Origin: Alphaproteobacteria bacterium
GTDB taxonomy: Bacteria > Pseudomonadota > Alphaproteobacteria > UBA2136 > JAPPOO01
Direction: 5' to 3'
Length of the DNA stretch: 54,912 nt
Assembly (NCBI GenBank): GCA_028817875.1
Contig: JAPPOO010000072.1
Coordinates: 1 to 54,912 of the forward strand
A program made the translations under genes and the position numbers. The first letter of the stretch is position 1; every line of letters starts with the position of its first letter. Of this stretch, positions 1 through 10,105 are shown piece by piece. The notes under the pieces were generated by a model. It ran no database searches, was not told the origin of the DNA, and saw only the letters and a program-made list of their open reading frames with translations.

Positions 1-169
1 AAAATTCATTTTGCAAACTTATTTTTGCAATAATTTTTCTTCTTTTTTTTATATTACAGCCCAGCACCTTCGCCAAACACTGCCCCCTTATAGGAACAAG
101 CCTTAGACTTGATCCTAACATACCTGACAAAAAAAACACCTTCTATCATAATTATGCCTAAAAAATGGT

Positions 170-1621
170 CTATTTTTTCCAAAACGCAGGAGCAAATAAA
201 ATAAGTATGGTAAATAATTCTAAACGTCCTAGTAACATAGCAAAGCATAAAATCAATTTGGCTACTGCTGGTAAATGTCCATACCCTTCAAAAGGACCAA
301 CACTCCCTAAAGCAGGACCAACATTTGTTAAACTAGCTGCTGCTGCAGAAAAAGCTGTTACCAAATCCAATCCACAAGCAGCCATAGCTAAAGATACAAA
401 CGCAAAACTCGTAATATACAATCCCGCAAATGCCCAAACAGACTGTATCACCTTATCAGGAACAATTTGCCCATCCATTTTTACATGAGAAATACCATTA
501 GGATGAATTAAACGCTGCATTTCCCTCATGCCTTGTTTAATAATCAAAACAATACGCATAACCTTCATCCCTCCTGAAGTGGAGCCACTACACCCGCCCA
601 CAAACATGAGTAACATTAGAACTAACATCGCTGCAGGTGGCCACATAGAAAAATCGTCTGTACTGTAGCCAGTATTACTTAAAATCGCTACAACATTATA
701 ACCTGAAGTTTGTAAAAAGCTGAGCCACTGCCCTTCCTCTAAATAAGCTCGTATTGTTGTCACTAGCAGAATAGAGCACAGTAAAATCAACAAGAAAATA
801 CGTAACTCAAAGTTAGTAAAATATCCCCTCATTCCACCATCTCTCAGCAGATTAAAGTGCAAACCAAAATTAATCGCACCAACCAACATAAAAATAATGC
901 TTACCATCTCTATACGAGAAGATTGAAAAGCTGCAAAAGAGGCATCGTAGTTTGAAAAGCCACCTGTTGCTAATGTGGTAAACGAATGTGTAATAGCATC
1001 AAATGGCACCATACCTGCTAACCAGTAACAAAATGCACAACATGCGGTTAATGCAACATAAACAAACCAAAGTAGCCGAGCTGTCTCATGTAATCGTGGT
1101 TGAAGTTTGTCCTTTGTAACACCAGGCATCTCGCTTCTATATAACTGCAACCCCCCAACACCTAAAAATGGGAGCACGGCAACAGCCAATACAATTATCC
1201 CCATACCGCCAATCCACTGCAGTAAAGCCCGCCATAATAAAATACCGTGACTCATATGATCCAACCCTGTCAAAACAGTTGCACCAGTTGTTGTCATACC
1301 AGAAACCGATTCGAAAAAAGCATCTACTAAAGATATTGACATGTTTGTACTAAAATAAAGAGGAACTGCTCCTAACACAGATAATAGTACCCAAGTTAAA
1401 ACAGTAATTAAAATGCCATCTCTATGAGTCAGATGAATCTTCTGTGACCGATTCATTAAAATCAGAATCACACCCGAAAACATATATATCCAAGCAAGAA
1501 AAGCAAACATACCAGCATCTTGGTCACCGTATACCCAAGAACTTAGGGCTGGCAAAGCCAAAAAAGCAGCAAATGCCATCATAAGCCAACCCATAATAAA
1601 AAGAAGAGAGCGCCACCTCAT
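170..1621 (-). CDS. trkH: Trk-type K+ uptake membrane subunit TrkH (483 aa)
   Basis: Long ORF for a polytopic membrane protein with repeated TTGG/TGG-type pore-loop segments typical of TrkH. It starts 9 nt downstream of trkA on the same strand. Confidence 0.9.
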   Translation of the reverse strand: MRWRSLLFIMGWLMMAFAAFLALPALSSWVYGDQDAGMFAFLAWIYMFSGVILILMNRSQKIHLTHRDGILITVLTWVLLSVLGAVPLYFSTNMSISLVDAFFESVSGMTTTGATVLTGLDHMSHGILLWRALLQWIGGMGIIVLAVAVLPFLGVGGLQLYRSEMPGVTKDKLQPRLHETARLLWFVYVALTACCAFCYWLAGMVPFDAITHSFTTLATGGFSNYDASFAAFQSSRIEMVSIIFMLVGAINFGLHFNLLRDGGMRGYFTNFELRIFLLILLCSILLVTTIRAYLEEGQWLSFLQTSGYNVVAILSNTGYSTDDFSMWPPAAMLVLMLLMFVGGCSGSTSGGMKVMRIVLIIKQGMREMQRLIHPNGISHVKMDGQIVPDKVIQSVWAFAGLYITSFAFVSLAMAACGLDLVTAFSAAAASLTNVGPALGSVGPFEGYGHLPAVAKLILCFAMLLGRLELFTILILFAPAFWKK

Positions 1622-1630
1622 ACCAATAGT

Positions 1631-2986
1631 TTACCTTTCAAACATACATTCAACAGCAGAAATAACTCGGGTTTGGGCAAAAATAATCAATGAACTATTT
1701 TGTTGAACAACAGCTTCATCATGCCAAGGGAATAAAATATCGCCATTTTCTTTAATAACCGCTCCAACAATAGAACCACGCGGTAACATAAGTGTGCGAA
1801 TATGGCTTCCTATCAAAGATGAATCAACATCAACCATTAATTCTAAAACTTCACCAACACCATTCCCAACTGTATGAACATCTTCCACATAACCACGCCG
1901 CACATGTCGCAAAATACGAGAAACTGTGATTTGTTGAGGAGAAATAACTTTATCAAGCCCTACATTTGCAGCCAGCGGTAAAAAATGCGTATCGTGCAAA
2001 AGTGTTAAAACGTTTGGAACACCTTGTTCTTTAACAACAAGTGTCGTCAGCAAATTTGTTGCATCATCTGAAGTCACACACAAAGCGACATCCATTTGGC
2101 TAATGTTTTCTTGTTGTAAAATCTCCCTGTTAAGAGCATCTCCTGAAAGAACCGTACCAGAAGAAAGCGCTTCCGCTAAAAACTCAGCCCGTTCTATATT
2201 CTTCTCCAGAACGCGTAAATTAATCCCTTCTCTTTCCAGCATATGACACAGGTTTAAACCAACATTACCTCCACCAATAATAAAGGCATTCTTCACACAA
2301 GGTTCTGATTTTCCTAATAAATCTAAACTTAAAGCCATATCTTCAGGCTTTGCTAAGAAATACAAATCATCATCTACTTCCAAGTGGTCTTCAATACTGG
2401 GAACTAATAATCGCCCTTGCCGTACAATACAAAGCACTTCAAAGGGAACTTCTAAAGCACTCCAATTTTTAATACGTTCATGTAGAATTTTAGCCTGCTC
2501 TGAAACTTTTAAGCCAACCATCATTAGTTTACCTTGAGCAAAAAAATGAACATCAAAAGCACCTGGTACTTTCATTGTTCGTTCAATAGCTTGAGCCACT
2601 TCTAATTCAGGGCTGATAATGACGTCCACTGGCAAATTATCAGGAGTATACAAATGACTTCCCGTCAAACTTAAGTAGGAAGCATCTCGTACACGAGCAA
2701 TTTTTTTAGGTACCTGAAAAAGCGAATACGCCATTTGACAAGCAACCATATTAACTTCATCCGAATCAGTAACAGCAATAACCATTTCAGCTGTTGAAGC
2801 GCCTGCTTGCTGCAATACTGCAGGTAAACAGCCCAACCCCTGAACAGTCTGTACATCCATCACTTCAGATAGCTGCGCCAGAGAATCAACATCTTCATCA
2901 ATAACTGTAACAGGGTGCCCTTCTTGCACCAAATACTGAGCAATACTCTCCCCTATACCACCACTACCGAGAATAATTACATGCAT
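1631..2986 (-). CDS. trkA: Trk system NAD-binding subunit TrkA (451 aa)
   Basis: Two tandem RCK/KTN halves, each with a Rossmann motif (MHVIILGSGGIG and FIIGGGNVG). Adjacent to trkH. Confidence 0.9.
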   Translation of the reverse strand: MHVIILGSGGIGESIAQYLVQEGHPVTVIDEDVDSLAQLSEVMDVQTVQGLGCLPAVLQQAGASTAEMVIAVTDSDEVNMVACQMAYSLFQVPKKIARVRDASYLSLTGSHLYTPDNLPVDVIISPELEVAQAIERTMKVPGAFDVHFFAQGKLMMVGLKVSEQAKILHERIKNWSALEVPFEVLCIVRQGRLLVPSIEDHLEVDDDLYFLAKPEDMALSLDLLGKSEPCVKNAFIIGGGNVGLNLCHMLEREGINLRVLEKNIERAEFLAEALSSGTVLSGDALNREILQQENISQMDVALCVTSDDATNLLTTLVVKEQGVPNVLTLLHDTHFLPLAANVGLDKVISPQQITVSRILRHVRRGYVEDVHTVGNGVGEVLELMVDVDSSLIGSHIRTLMLPRGSIVGAVIKENGDILFPWHDEAVVQQNSSLIIFAQTRVISAVECMFER

Positions 2987-3026
2987 AAAACTATTTTTTT
3001 CTTATTAGTTATATATCAGCCATTCT

Positions 3027-3054
3027 AAAGAAAAGAGGTGGCTTATGCCACCCC
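3027..3054 (-). terminator. Intrinsic terminator after ntrX
   Basis: Minus strand reads GGTGGC-ATAA-GCCACC followed by TCTTTTCTTT, about 20 nt after the ntrX stop. Confidence 0.6.
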
Positions 3055-3072
3055 TTCTTCAACCTCTTTTTA

Positions 3073-4425
3073 TTAGTTGAGACTAACCGAGGCTTCTAAA
3101 CGAGCATCTACCCCTAGAGACTTTAACTTACGGTGAAGAGCAGAACGCTCCATACCGACAAAATCGGCGGTCCTAGAAACATTACCACTAAAACGTAACA
3201 GTTGGTTAGAAAGGTAATTTTTCTCAAATAGCTCGCGTGCTTGCCGTAATGGCAACGTCGCAGCAGCTTCCATCATATTATCATCAAGTGTCTCATTTTG
3301 AGTCAACTCTGGTGGTAACATATCCGGCACAACTACTTTACCGGGGTGCATAATAATCAACCACTCAATTAAATTACGTAACTGCCGCACGTTCCCTGGC
3401 CAACTATAGCTTGTTAAAACGGCCATTGTTGCAGGAGCAATCCGCGGAACACTGCTTGCATCAGGAGATAGCACTTTTAAGAAATGCTGCGCCATAGCAG
3501 GAATATCCATAGAACGAATACGCAGCGGTGGCATCTCAATTGGTACAACACTTAAGCGGTAGTATAAATCAGCACGGAATTTACCTTGATCAATTAATGG
3601 TTTTAAGTCTTTAGACGTCGCAGAAATTACACGCACATCAGCCTCTGTTGGCACACCCGTGTTTGGGTCAGGCAATACACCATCTTGCAAAAACTTAAGC
3701 ATACGCGCCTGCATAGGTGCCGTTAAATCAGAAACTTCATCCAAAAACAGCGTACCACCTTTAGCTCTTGCGACCATAGTTGCCAAGGCCATTTCAAAAG
3801 TCTGTTCAGTTACAGCGGCAGGACTTAAAGCAACAAAAGGGTTATTTACACGACGAGAAGCCTGATGAACTAAACGCGCAACGACTTCCTTACCAGTGCC
3901 AGATTCCCCATTAACTAAAACCCGACTTTCACCAGGTGCCACTTGCTTAATTGTTTGCCGCACAGTCGCAATTTCAGAAGAAACACCCAAAAGTTCTTGA
4001 ACTTCACCACTACGACTCCGCAGTAAGAAATTTTCCTTACTCAATTGAGATTCACGAATTGCTCGACCAATTGTTAGTAGTAAACGCTCTACCTGAGGAG
4101 GTTTTTCAATAAAATCATAGGCTCCTCGCTGAGTTGCCTGAACAGCCGTCTCAATTGTTCCATGGCCAGATATCATAACAACAGGCAAGTCAGGTACACG
4201 ACGCTTCAGCCGAGATAATACTTCTAGCCCATCCATACCTTCCATCCAAATATCTAACAAAACAAGGTTGGGAACCTTCTCTGTTATCATATCCAAAGCT
4301 TTTTGACCGCTCTCCGCAGTCCTAATCCTATATCCCTCATCTTCCAAAATCCCAGAAAGAGATGTACGAATATCTGCTTCGTCATCCACAATCAGAATTT
4401 CGTGCTGATTTATATTTTGCGTCAT
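3073..4425 (-). CDS. ntrX: Response regulator NtrX (receiver + AAA+ + HTH, 450 aa)
   Basis: Receiver domain (ILIVDDE...DIWM). AAA+ Walker A (GESGTGKE) and Walker B (LFLDEV). C-terminal Fis-type HTH. The GAFTGA loop is absent, as described for NtrX. Lies directly downstream of ntrY. Confidence 0.85.
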   Translation of the reverse strand: MTQNINQHEILIVDDEADIRTSLSGILEDEGYRIRTAESGQKALDMITEKVPNLVLLDIWMEGMDGLEVLSRLKRRVPDLPVVMISGHGTIETAVQATQRGAYDFIEKPPQVERLLLTIGRAIRESQLSKENFLLRSRSGEVQELLGVSSEIATVRQTIKQVAPGESRVLVNGESGTGKEVVARLVHQASRRVNNPFVALSPAAVTEQTFEMALATMVARAKGGTLFLDEVSDLTAPMQARMLKFLQDGVLPDPNTGVPTEADVRVISATSKDLKPLIDQGKFRADLYYRLSVVPIEMPPLRIRSMDIPAMAQHFLKVLSPDASSVPRIAPATMAVLTSYSWPGNVRQLRNLIEWLIIMHPGKVVVPDMLPPELTQNETLDDNMMEAAATLPLRQARELFEKNYLSNQLLRFSGNVSRTADFVGMERSALHRKLKSLGVDARLEASVSLN

Positions 4426-4463
4426 GCGGTGTTTTCTCCGTTCTCTTTTATTAACACATTTGC

Positions 4464-6713
4464 TCAGGCAGCATGCGTATCTTCTTTCAGCACTCCTGCT
4501 TCTTCTTCAGGAATTGCCGGAAGCAGTAATTCCACTCCTGTCCCCCCTTCCGCCCGACGGATTAACCGTACTTGGCCATTGTGCTCATCCATCACGCGGC
4601 GAACAATTGCTAAACCTAGCCCTGTCCCTTTCTTACGGGTAGTTACGTAAGGGTCAAACAAGTCATCTACACCTACGTCCACCGGCAGTCCGCGCCCGTT
4701 ATCAAGCACCGTGACACCAAGTGTACCAGCTTGTGACATTTTAACAACAATTTTTACCTCTCCTTGAGCATCTTTATTTTCATCACGCTCATAGATAGCA
4801 TTAATGGCGTTCTCCACTATGTTTGTAAACACACGAGAAAGGTGGGAACGGTCACAAATAATCTGACCTTGTTTCCCATCAATTTGGTAATCCTTCACAA
4901 AAGAAATATCCGTCCGACCTGTTTTTTCAAGCAGCAAAACTTCATCCAATATTTTTAAAATATTTTCTTCGGCAAATTGAGGCGTTGGCATACGAGCAAA
5001 ATCTGAGAACTCATTTAGCATCCCTCTCATATCTTCTGTTTGGCGAATAATTGTACTTGTAAGTTGCCCAAATAACTCTTTGTCTTTTTCTCCAATTTTA
5101 TCTAAATACTTACGCCTTAAACGTTCTGCTGAAAGTTGAATAGGTGTGAGAGGATTTTTAATTTCATGCGCCAACCGCCGCGCAACATCAGACCATGCAG
5201 CTACTTTTTGAGCCGACAATAACGGAGAAACATCATCAAACGTCACAACAACTGCATGAATATCTCCTCCACCTGAACGCTGAGGCACCATACGTACCAA
5301 TAACGTCATAGCTTCGCCATCACGTTCAATACGAATTTGCTTTTGCCACAGCTCTCGTGGGGTACTCATAAAATCTTCAAAAGCTTCAGCTAACGCTGGA
5401 CTAACTTTATCTAATCGCTGACCAACAGCAATATCAAAAGTTTCGCGCGCTATCTTGTTAGCTGTCGTTACAATACCGTTGCCATCCAAAGCAACAACAC
5501 CAGAAGAAACCCCTGTAAGTAAGGCTTCCATAGTCTTACGGCGACTGTCCAATTCCTTGTTCTTTTTATCAACCAAAGTACGGTTATGTTTAAGTTGCTG
5601 AGTCATTCGGTTAAACGATTGCGTTAAAATACCCATCTCATCATCATCGTGCGGACTTAAACGTACCTCTAAATCACCCGCTGAAACTTTGTTTGTTGCA
5701 TGCACAAGCTCTGTCACGGGACGTACAATTTTACCAGCAAGCTTTAACCCTGCCCAAATAGCACCTGCCAATGTTCCCAAAGCAAGAACTAGTAAAAAGA
5801 GTGTAAACAATAACTTAATACTCTGCCTATCTTTCAAAAGACCGTAATATTCCTTATATGCTTCTTCAGTCTGATCTACCCGTGCCAATACAGAAGGGTG
5901 TAACGCCTTTGTAATAAGAACCCATGTACCATTATTCACTGGCGCCAATACTGTAATGCGCTGCTCTTCATAGTTAGTCAGAGCCTTTGCCCCAAAGGTT
6001 GTTTCCTCTAACATTGTAGCAATATCAGTAGGAGCAACCGCCGTAGCGCCACTACCACTGCTCATTAAAATACCGTGGTTATCATATAAACTAACATCCT
6101 CTAACCCACGCAGTTCTTGTTCATGTTGCAAAACATCTCGCATCGCTAACGGATCTAATAAAAACGTAGGGTCAGCAATATTTGTATCCCTAGCTAAGGC
6201 TCTTGCTTCAACTAAAAGCGAGTTTTCATTTTCCTCTAAGTAAGCTTGTGCAACTTGCAAAGACCCTTCCAAAGCGCTTGTTACTTTGCTAGAAAACCAC
6301 GTTTCTAAACCAGCATTCAAAATGTAAAACGCGTAAATAGAAACAACCATTGCCGGTAATACAGCCAAAATACTGAACATACCTAAAAAACGTAACGGTA
6401 GCCGAGAACGACGCAAACGCCCACGCCGCTCTAAAAAAACAATCATAGCGTGACGCCCAATATACAAGGCAAAAACTAGGATAATCAGAACATTTGCATT
6501 AATTAATGTAAGTAGCACAGGCCCACTTGTTGAGGGGTCATTCAGAACTGATAGCAGTACACTCACAATAGCAACCGCAGCCAATAATAAACCTGAAATC
6601 ATTAAAAAACGGAAGGCACCATACACACGCCGCGGTGCACTTTGTCGCCGCCGCTCCTTACCATGAGGAGCTAAAGAAAGCTGCTGTTCAGAATGTATAT
6701 CAGCGCACATCAT
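4464..6713 (-). CDS. ntrY: Sensor histidine kinase NtrY (749 aa)
   Basis: N-terminal TM segments, then HAMP and PAS regions. H-box AHEIKNPLTPIQLSAERL. N/G boxes (NAINA, DNGRG, GTGLGL). Confidence 0.85.
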   Translation of the reverse strand: MMCADIHSEQQLSLAPHGKERRRQSAPRRVYGAFRFLMISGLLLAAVAIVSVLLSVLNDPSTSGPVLLTLINANVLIILVFALYIGRHAMIVFLERRGRLRRSRLPLRFLGMFSILAVLPAMVVSIYAFYILNAGLETWFSSKVTSALEGSLQVAQAYLEENENSLLVEARALARDTNIADPTFLLDPLAMRDVLQHEQELRGLEDVSLYDNHGILMSSGSGATAVAPTDIATMLEETTFGAKALTNYEEQRITVLAPVNNGTWVLITKALHPSVLARVDQTEEAYKEYYGLLKDRQSIKLLFTLFLLVLALGTLAGAIWAGLKLAGKIVRPVTELVHATNKVSAGDLEVRLSPHDDDEMGILTQSFNRMTQQLKHNRTLVDKKNKELDSRRKTMEALLTGVSSGVVALDGNGIVTTANKIARETFDIAVGQRLDKVSPALAEAFEDFMSTPRELWQKQIRIERDGEAMTLLVRMVPQRSGGGDIHAVVVTFDDVSPLLSAQKVAAWSDVARRLAHEIKNPLTPIQLSAERLRRKYLDKIGEKDKELFGQLTSTIIRQTEDMRGMLNEFSDFARMPTPQFAEENILKILDEVLLLEKTGRTDISFVKDYQIDGKQGQIICDRSHLSRVFTNIVENAINAIYERDENKDAQGEVKIVVKMSQAGTLGVTVLDNGRGLPVDVGVDDLFDPYVTTRKKGTGLGLAIVRRVMDEHNGQVRLIRRAEGGTGVELLLPAIPEEEAGVLKEDTHAA

Positions 6714-7254
6714 ATAACTCCTTTTGTTTTATCTTTGTATTTTCCCAAAATTTAGCAAAAGCTAACCACCCTAAAACACTCTTACTTTCAGTAACAGGCT
6801 CAGACCATACAGCTACCGCAACCTCAACTTTCTCCTCCCCCGTCAATGAGGTTCTCATTTCTAAAGACAGCCCTTCCAGTGAAAAAAGATACCTTACAAA
6901 ATCGCTCTGTTCAGAAAAATGTTGTGTAATACCATTCTCCGCAACTAAAAATTCATCAGCACGATGATCATAAGTTAGTACACGCTCAAAACGAATTTTT
7001 GCAAACGTTTTAGGCCATAACCAAGTATTCTCTTCAATACTCACTCTGTAATTCAACTGAATACCTTGCCCGCTTTTTAAAGCATCTAGCACAGTGTTTT
7101 TAAAGCCATCAGAGGGGGAAAGCTGCACACTAACTATAGGCTGTTCATTCTTTAAAGAAAGACTATGCACTAATTGCTCCAACTTACTGGCATAAGCATT
7201 CCCCATAACAGCAAGTAAAGTGAGAGCAAAAAGAACAGATAACCTGAAATACAT
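6700..7254 (-). CDS. Secreted DUF4390-like protein (184 aa)
   Basis: Signal peptide MYFRLSVLFALTLLAVMGNAYA. Its 3' end overlaps the ntrY start by 14 nt, which implies co-translation. The family assignment is from memory of synteny and is tentative. Confidence 0.55.
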   Translation of the reverse strand: MYFRLSVLFALTLLAVMGNAYASKLEQLVHSLSLKNEQPIVSVQLSPSDGFKNTVLDALKSGQGIQLNYRVSIEENTWLWPKTFAKIRFERVLTYDHRADEFLVAENGITQHFSEQSDFVRYLFSLEGLSLEMRTSLTGEEKVEVAVAVWSEPVTESKSVLGWLAFAKFWENTKIKQKELYDVR

Positions 7255-7277
7255 GCACTCGTTATACCACCCCTATC

Positions 7278-7312
7278 ATAAAAATAAAACCGAGCTGCCT
7301 AATACAGCTCGG
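7278..7312 (-). terminator. Intrinsic terminator after fis
   Basis: Minus strand reads CCGAGCTG-N7-CAGCTCGG followed by TTTTATTTTTAT. Confidence 0.6.
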
Positions 7313-7334
7313 AAATTAACATAGAGTAAATTTG

Positions 7335-7634
7335 TTAAAGTGCAGAAATATTAGTTAAATCAATACCTAGTACGTTTATCTTCTTACGTAACGTATTACG
7401 GTTAATTCCTAAAATACTTGCAGCACGCACTTGGTTCCCTTGTGCGTAGCGTAATACACTTTCCAAAAGAGGTTTTTCAACTGTTTGGATAACAGATGTG
7501 TACATATTGGCAGCAGGAGAAACACCTCCAAGCGTTTGAAAATAACGAACCAATAATTGGTCAACAACTCTTTGTAAATCTTCCTCAGCCTCTTTTGTTG
7601 AAAAATTACGGGACAACTGAGCTACTTGTGACAT
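7335..7634 (-). CDS. fis: Fis-family DNA-binding protein (99 aa)
   Basis: C-terminal HTH GNQVRAASILGINRNTLRKK. The ATG at 7634 is preceded by AAAGGAAAG-N6, so I prefer it to the TTG at 7661. The dusB-fis gene order matches the known arrangement. Confidence 0.8.
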   Translation of the reverse strand: MSQVAQLSRNFSTKEAEEDLQRVVDQLLVRYFQTLGGVSPAANMYTSVIQTVEKPLLESVLRYAQGNQVRAASILGINRNTLRKKINVLGIDLTNISAL

Positions 7635-7683
7635 ACACAACTTTCCTTTATTATTAAGCAAGTTAGCCAGAAAAATCGGCTAA

Positions 7684-8733
7684 TCAGAATGAGGTTATAT
7701 CACTATTCATCCTATGAATACAACTAGTAAAAAACCTTTTAGTTTCGTTAGTTAGCTCCTGACCATCACGAATGGAACTGAGTTTTTGACGGTATTGAGA
7801 ACCATTCGGCAACCCTTTTGCATAATTCGCTAAGTGTTTCCGAATAAAATGAGTCCCTCTATCCTCACCATAAAACTTCAAAGCTTCTTCAAGGTGCTTC
7901 AAAGTAATTTCTACACGCTCCTCTAACGTAGGGTCAGTTAGCACTTCTCCTGTCTTAAGGTACTGCGCTACCTGCCCTAACAACCACGGCCTGCCATATG
8001 TCGCACGACCAATCATAACACCAGCGCAGCCAGAAGCATCCAGCGCATTAACAGCATCATCAATACTTTTGATATCCCCATTCACTAAAACAGGAATATT
8101 CACAGCCTCTTTAATTTTTCGAATAAAATGCCAATCTGCACTGCCTTTATACATCTGACAACGAGTGCGGCCATGCACAGCCAACATTTTAATACCGCAC
8201 CGTTCGGCGATTTTAGCAATTTCAGGGCCGTTTTTCATGTCATCATTCCACCCGATGCGAATCTTCAACGTCACAGGAATATTCACGGCTTCAACAACGC
8301 TGCCAATAATTTCCTCCGCCATTTTTTCGTCCTTCATCAAAGCAGAGCCAGCCATACGTCCAACAACTTTTTTAACGGGACACCCCATATTAATATCAAT
8401 AATATCCGCACCGGCAAGTTCATTGGTTTTAGCCGCTACAGCCATGGCTTTAGGGCAAGCGCCTGCCAGCTGTACTGAGTTAATCCCTTGCCGTGGGTCA
8501 AAACTGGCCTTTTGCCGAGCAACTTCGGCGTGACGCACAATACCTTCAGCAGCAATCATTTCGCTAACAACCAGCCCTGCCCCATGCTCTTTAGCAATAA
8601 GCCGTGCCGGATGGTCGGTAATTTCCGTCATAGGTGCAAGTACAACGTTGTTTTCCAAGGTATAAGAGCCAATTTTAATCGGCTTCAGTTCAGGGATACG
8701 AGGAGCGTTTTGTTTTACTGCAGTATGGTTCAT
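7684..8733 (-). CDS. dusB: tRNA-dihydrouridine synthase B
   Basis: Dus TIM-barrel motifs ([30 protein letters not shown]). The start is uncertain: ATG at 8733 or TTG at 8769. Confidence 0.85.
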   Translation of the reverse strand: MNHTAVKQNAPRIPELKPIKIGSYTLENNVVLAPMTEITDHPARLIAKEHGAGLVVSEMIAAEGIVRHAEVARQKASFDPRQGINSVQLAGACPKAMAVAAKTNELAGADIIDINMGCPVKKVVGRMAGSALMKDEKMAEEIIGSVVEAVNIPVTLKIRIGWNDDMKNGPEIAKIAERCGIKMLAVHGRTRCQMYKGSADWHFIRKIKEAVNIPVLVNGDIKSIDDAVNALDASGCAGVMIGRATYGRPWLLGQVAQYLKTGEVLTDPTLEERVEITLKHLEEALKFYGEDRGTHFIRKHLANYAKGLPNGSQYRQKLSSIRDGQELTNETKRFFTSCIHRMNSDITSF

Positions 8734-8754
8734 AATGTGGTATATGTCGTACTC

Positions 8755-9471
8755 ATGAAGATATTGCAAGTGTTCATCCGCAAATTAGAAAGACCTACGG
8801 GTGAAAAAAAAGCCTACGACGTTGATTTTTCTAAGATCCACCCCGCCTATATTCTAGCCAGTTGGTTCTGGAGTGGCCGCCTACGCCCCGCTGCGGGAAC
8901 GTGGGGAACCTTAGCCGCTCTGCCTTTTTGGTGGCTTGTCTTTCAGTCGGGTAGCCTGTGGTTTGTACTGGCAACGCTGCTTGTTCTCTTTATCTTAGGT
9001 TCGTTAGCGATTGAATATATTGAGAAAACTGTCGGGAAAGACAAATGCCATGACGCCAGCGTTTTTGTGGTGGATGAAGTTGTCGGCATGGGCATCACCC
9101 TACTGCCAATTGCCTATTTCGGCACAGCCTTTTTTCCCGTTTGGGCTTGGTGGCTCTACGCTTTTCTGGCTTTCCGCTTTTTCGATGTGGTCAAATTATT
9201 CCCTGCCCGCTTGATTGACTGCCGTATGCACAACGGTTGGGGCGTGATGTTGGACGACGTTGTTGCGGGCGTCCATGGCGCGATAGCCGCGCTCACCCTT
9301 ATTTTCACGGTTTCAACGTGGCAAATCTGCGTTGCCTCTGGCCAGTGCATTGGTAGCGATGGCGAACTGTTCATCCTCTTCCTTTTGCACGCTGTGCCTG
9401 CCCTATGCTTCTTTGCCAGCCTTATTGCTGTGCCGTGGCTGCTGGGATTTTTCTATAAAAAGAAAAAATGA
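8755..9471 (+). CDS. pgpA: Phosphatidylglycerophosphatase A with extra C-terminal hydrophobic segment (238 aa)
   Basis: PgpA motifs are present ([39 protein letters not shown]). The part of the tracked ORF upstream of 8755 is antisense to dusB and I discounted it. Confidence 0.8.
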   Translation: MKILQVFIRKLERPTGEKKAYDVDFSKIHPAYILASWFWSGRLRPAAGTWGTLAALPFWWLVFQSGSLWFVLATLLVLFILGSLAIEYIEKTVGKDKCHDASVFVVDEVVGMGITLLPIAYFGTAFFPVWAWWLYAFLAFRFFDVVKLFPARLIDCRMHNGWGVMLDDVVAGVHGAIAALTLIFTVSTWQICVASGQCIGSDGELFILFLLHAVPALCFFASLIAVPWLLGFFYKKKK

Positions 9472-9570
9472 TTTTTTGTATCCAATCACATTTTTTCGTT
9501 TAAAAAAATTTGCGACGAAAAAAGGGGCAAAAGCAGTGATAATTGAGGGTGAATAAGGGATAAATCGGTA

Positions 9571-9652
9571 TCAAAAAGTGATATTTAAGGTCAAAAAAGT
9601 GTAAATTTTGGTGCAAAAAGAGCAAAAAATGTCAAATTTTCGTGATTTTTTG
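9571..9652. repeat. Helically phased A-tract array (predicted curved DNA)
   Basis: A5-6 or A3T4 tracts start every 9-12 bp: tcaaaaag, gtcaaaaaag, gtaaatttt, gcaaaaag, gcaaaaaatg, tcaaatttt, gatttttt. Positions 9590-9620 share a motif with 48511-48542 in inverted orientation. Confidence 0.6.
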
Positions 9653-9735
9653 GTGGCTCCCCCAGCATTTTGTATACAACGCGGCAAAAATGGTGGGAAA
9701 GAGAAAGTTTATCAAACTTCACTCCTCCCCAACTA

Positions 9736-9957
9736 CTACAAGCCTAATTTTTTTAGGCCTACTAAAGAAAACCAGAAAGCAGTAACCACCGTTATAGGTG
9801 TAAGTGCAAACATAACAAACACATAACGTGTAAACTTTGCTGCATCTTTATTTTTTTTCTGGCCTTTCTTCCACGCCAAAAGTTGGCATGCAAGGCTAAC
9901 TAGGAATATGGGTAAGCTATATCCCCAATAGTTTTCTAGGAGTATCTGTATATCCAC
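9736..9957 (-). CDS. Small two-TM membrane protein, hypothetical (73 aa)
   Basis: GTG start preceded by AAGAGG-N7. Two hydrophobic helices. No recognisable family. Confidence 0.35.
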   Translation of the reverse strand: MDIQILLENYWGYSLPIFLVSLACQLLAWKKGQKKNKDAAKFTRYVFVMFALTPITVVTAFWFSLVGLKKLGL

Positions 9958-10073
9958 TGTAATACCTCTTAAAAATAAGATGTGTTAGACTAAGTAGGTA
10001 CTATATTTTAGTTAGCAAGCCCCTCTTAAAGTGTTTAGTAAAATTTTTGGCAATCCTCAAAAAACATTGAACG

Positions 10074-10102
10074 TTAAAACCCTCTGCATAGCAGGGGGTT
10101 TT
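10074..10102 (-). terminator. Hairpin terminator (bidirectional shape) after the 46-aa sORF
   Basis: Minus strand reads AACCCCCTGC-TAT-GCAGAGGGTT followed by TTAA, immediately after the sORF stop codon. Confidence 0.5.
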
Positions 10103-10105
10103 GGA

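Noticed and set aside
54-488. ORFs 54-248 (-) and 165-488 (+) at the window edge
   Set aside because: They overlap trkH or are antisense to it. They have no RBS and low-complexity products.
8488-8754. N-terminal 89 codons of the tracked 327-aa ORF that contains pgpA
   Set aside because: This part is antisense to the conserved dusB coding region and has no PgpA similarity. PgpA homology begins after the ATG at 8755.
9608-9826. 72-aa plus-strand ORF in the A-tract region
   Set aside because: It spans the phased A-tract DNA and overlaps the 3' end of the convergent 73-aa ORF. Its composition is Lys/Asn-biased, as expected from A-rich sequence, and there is no RBS.
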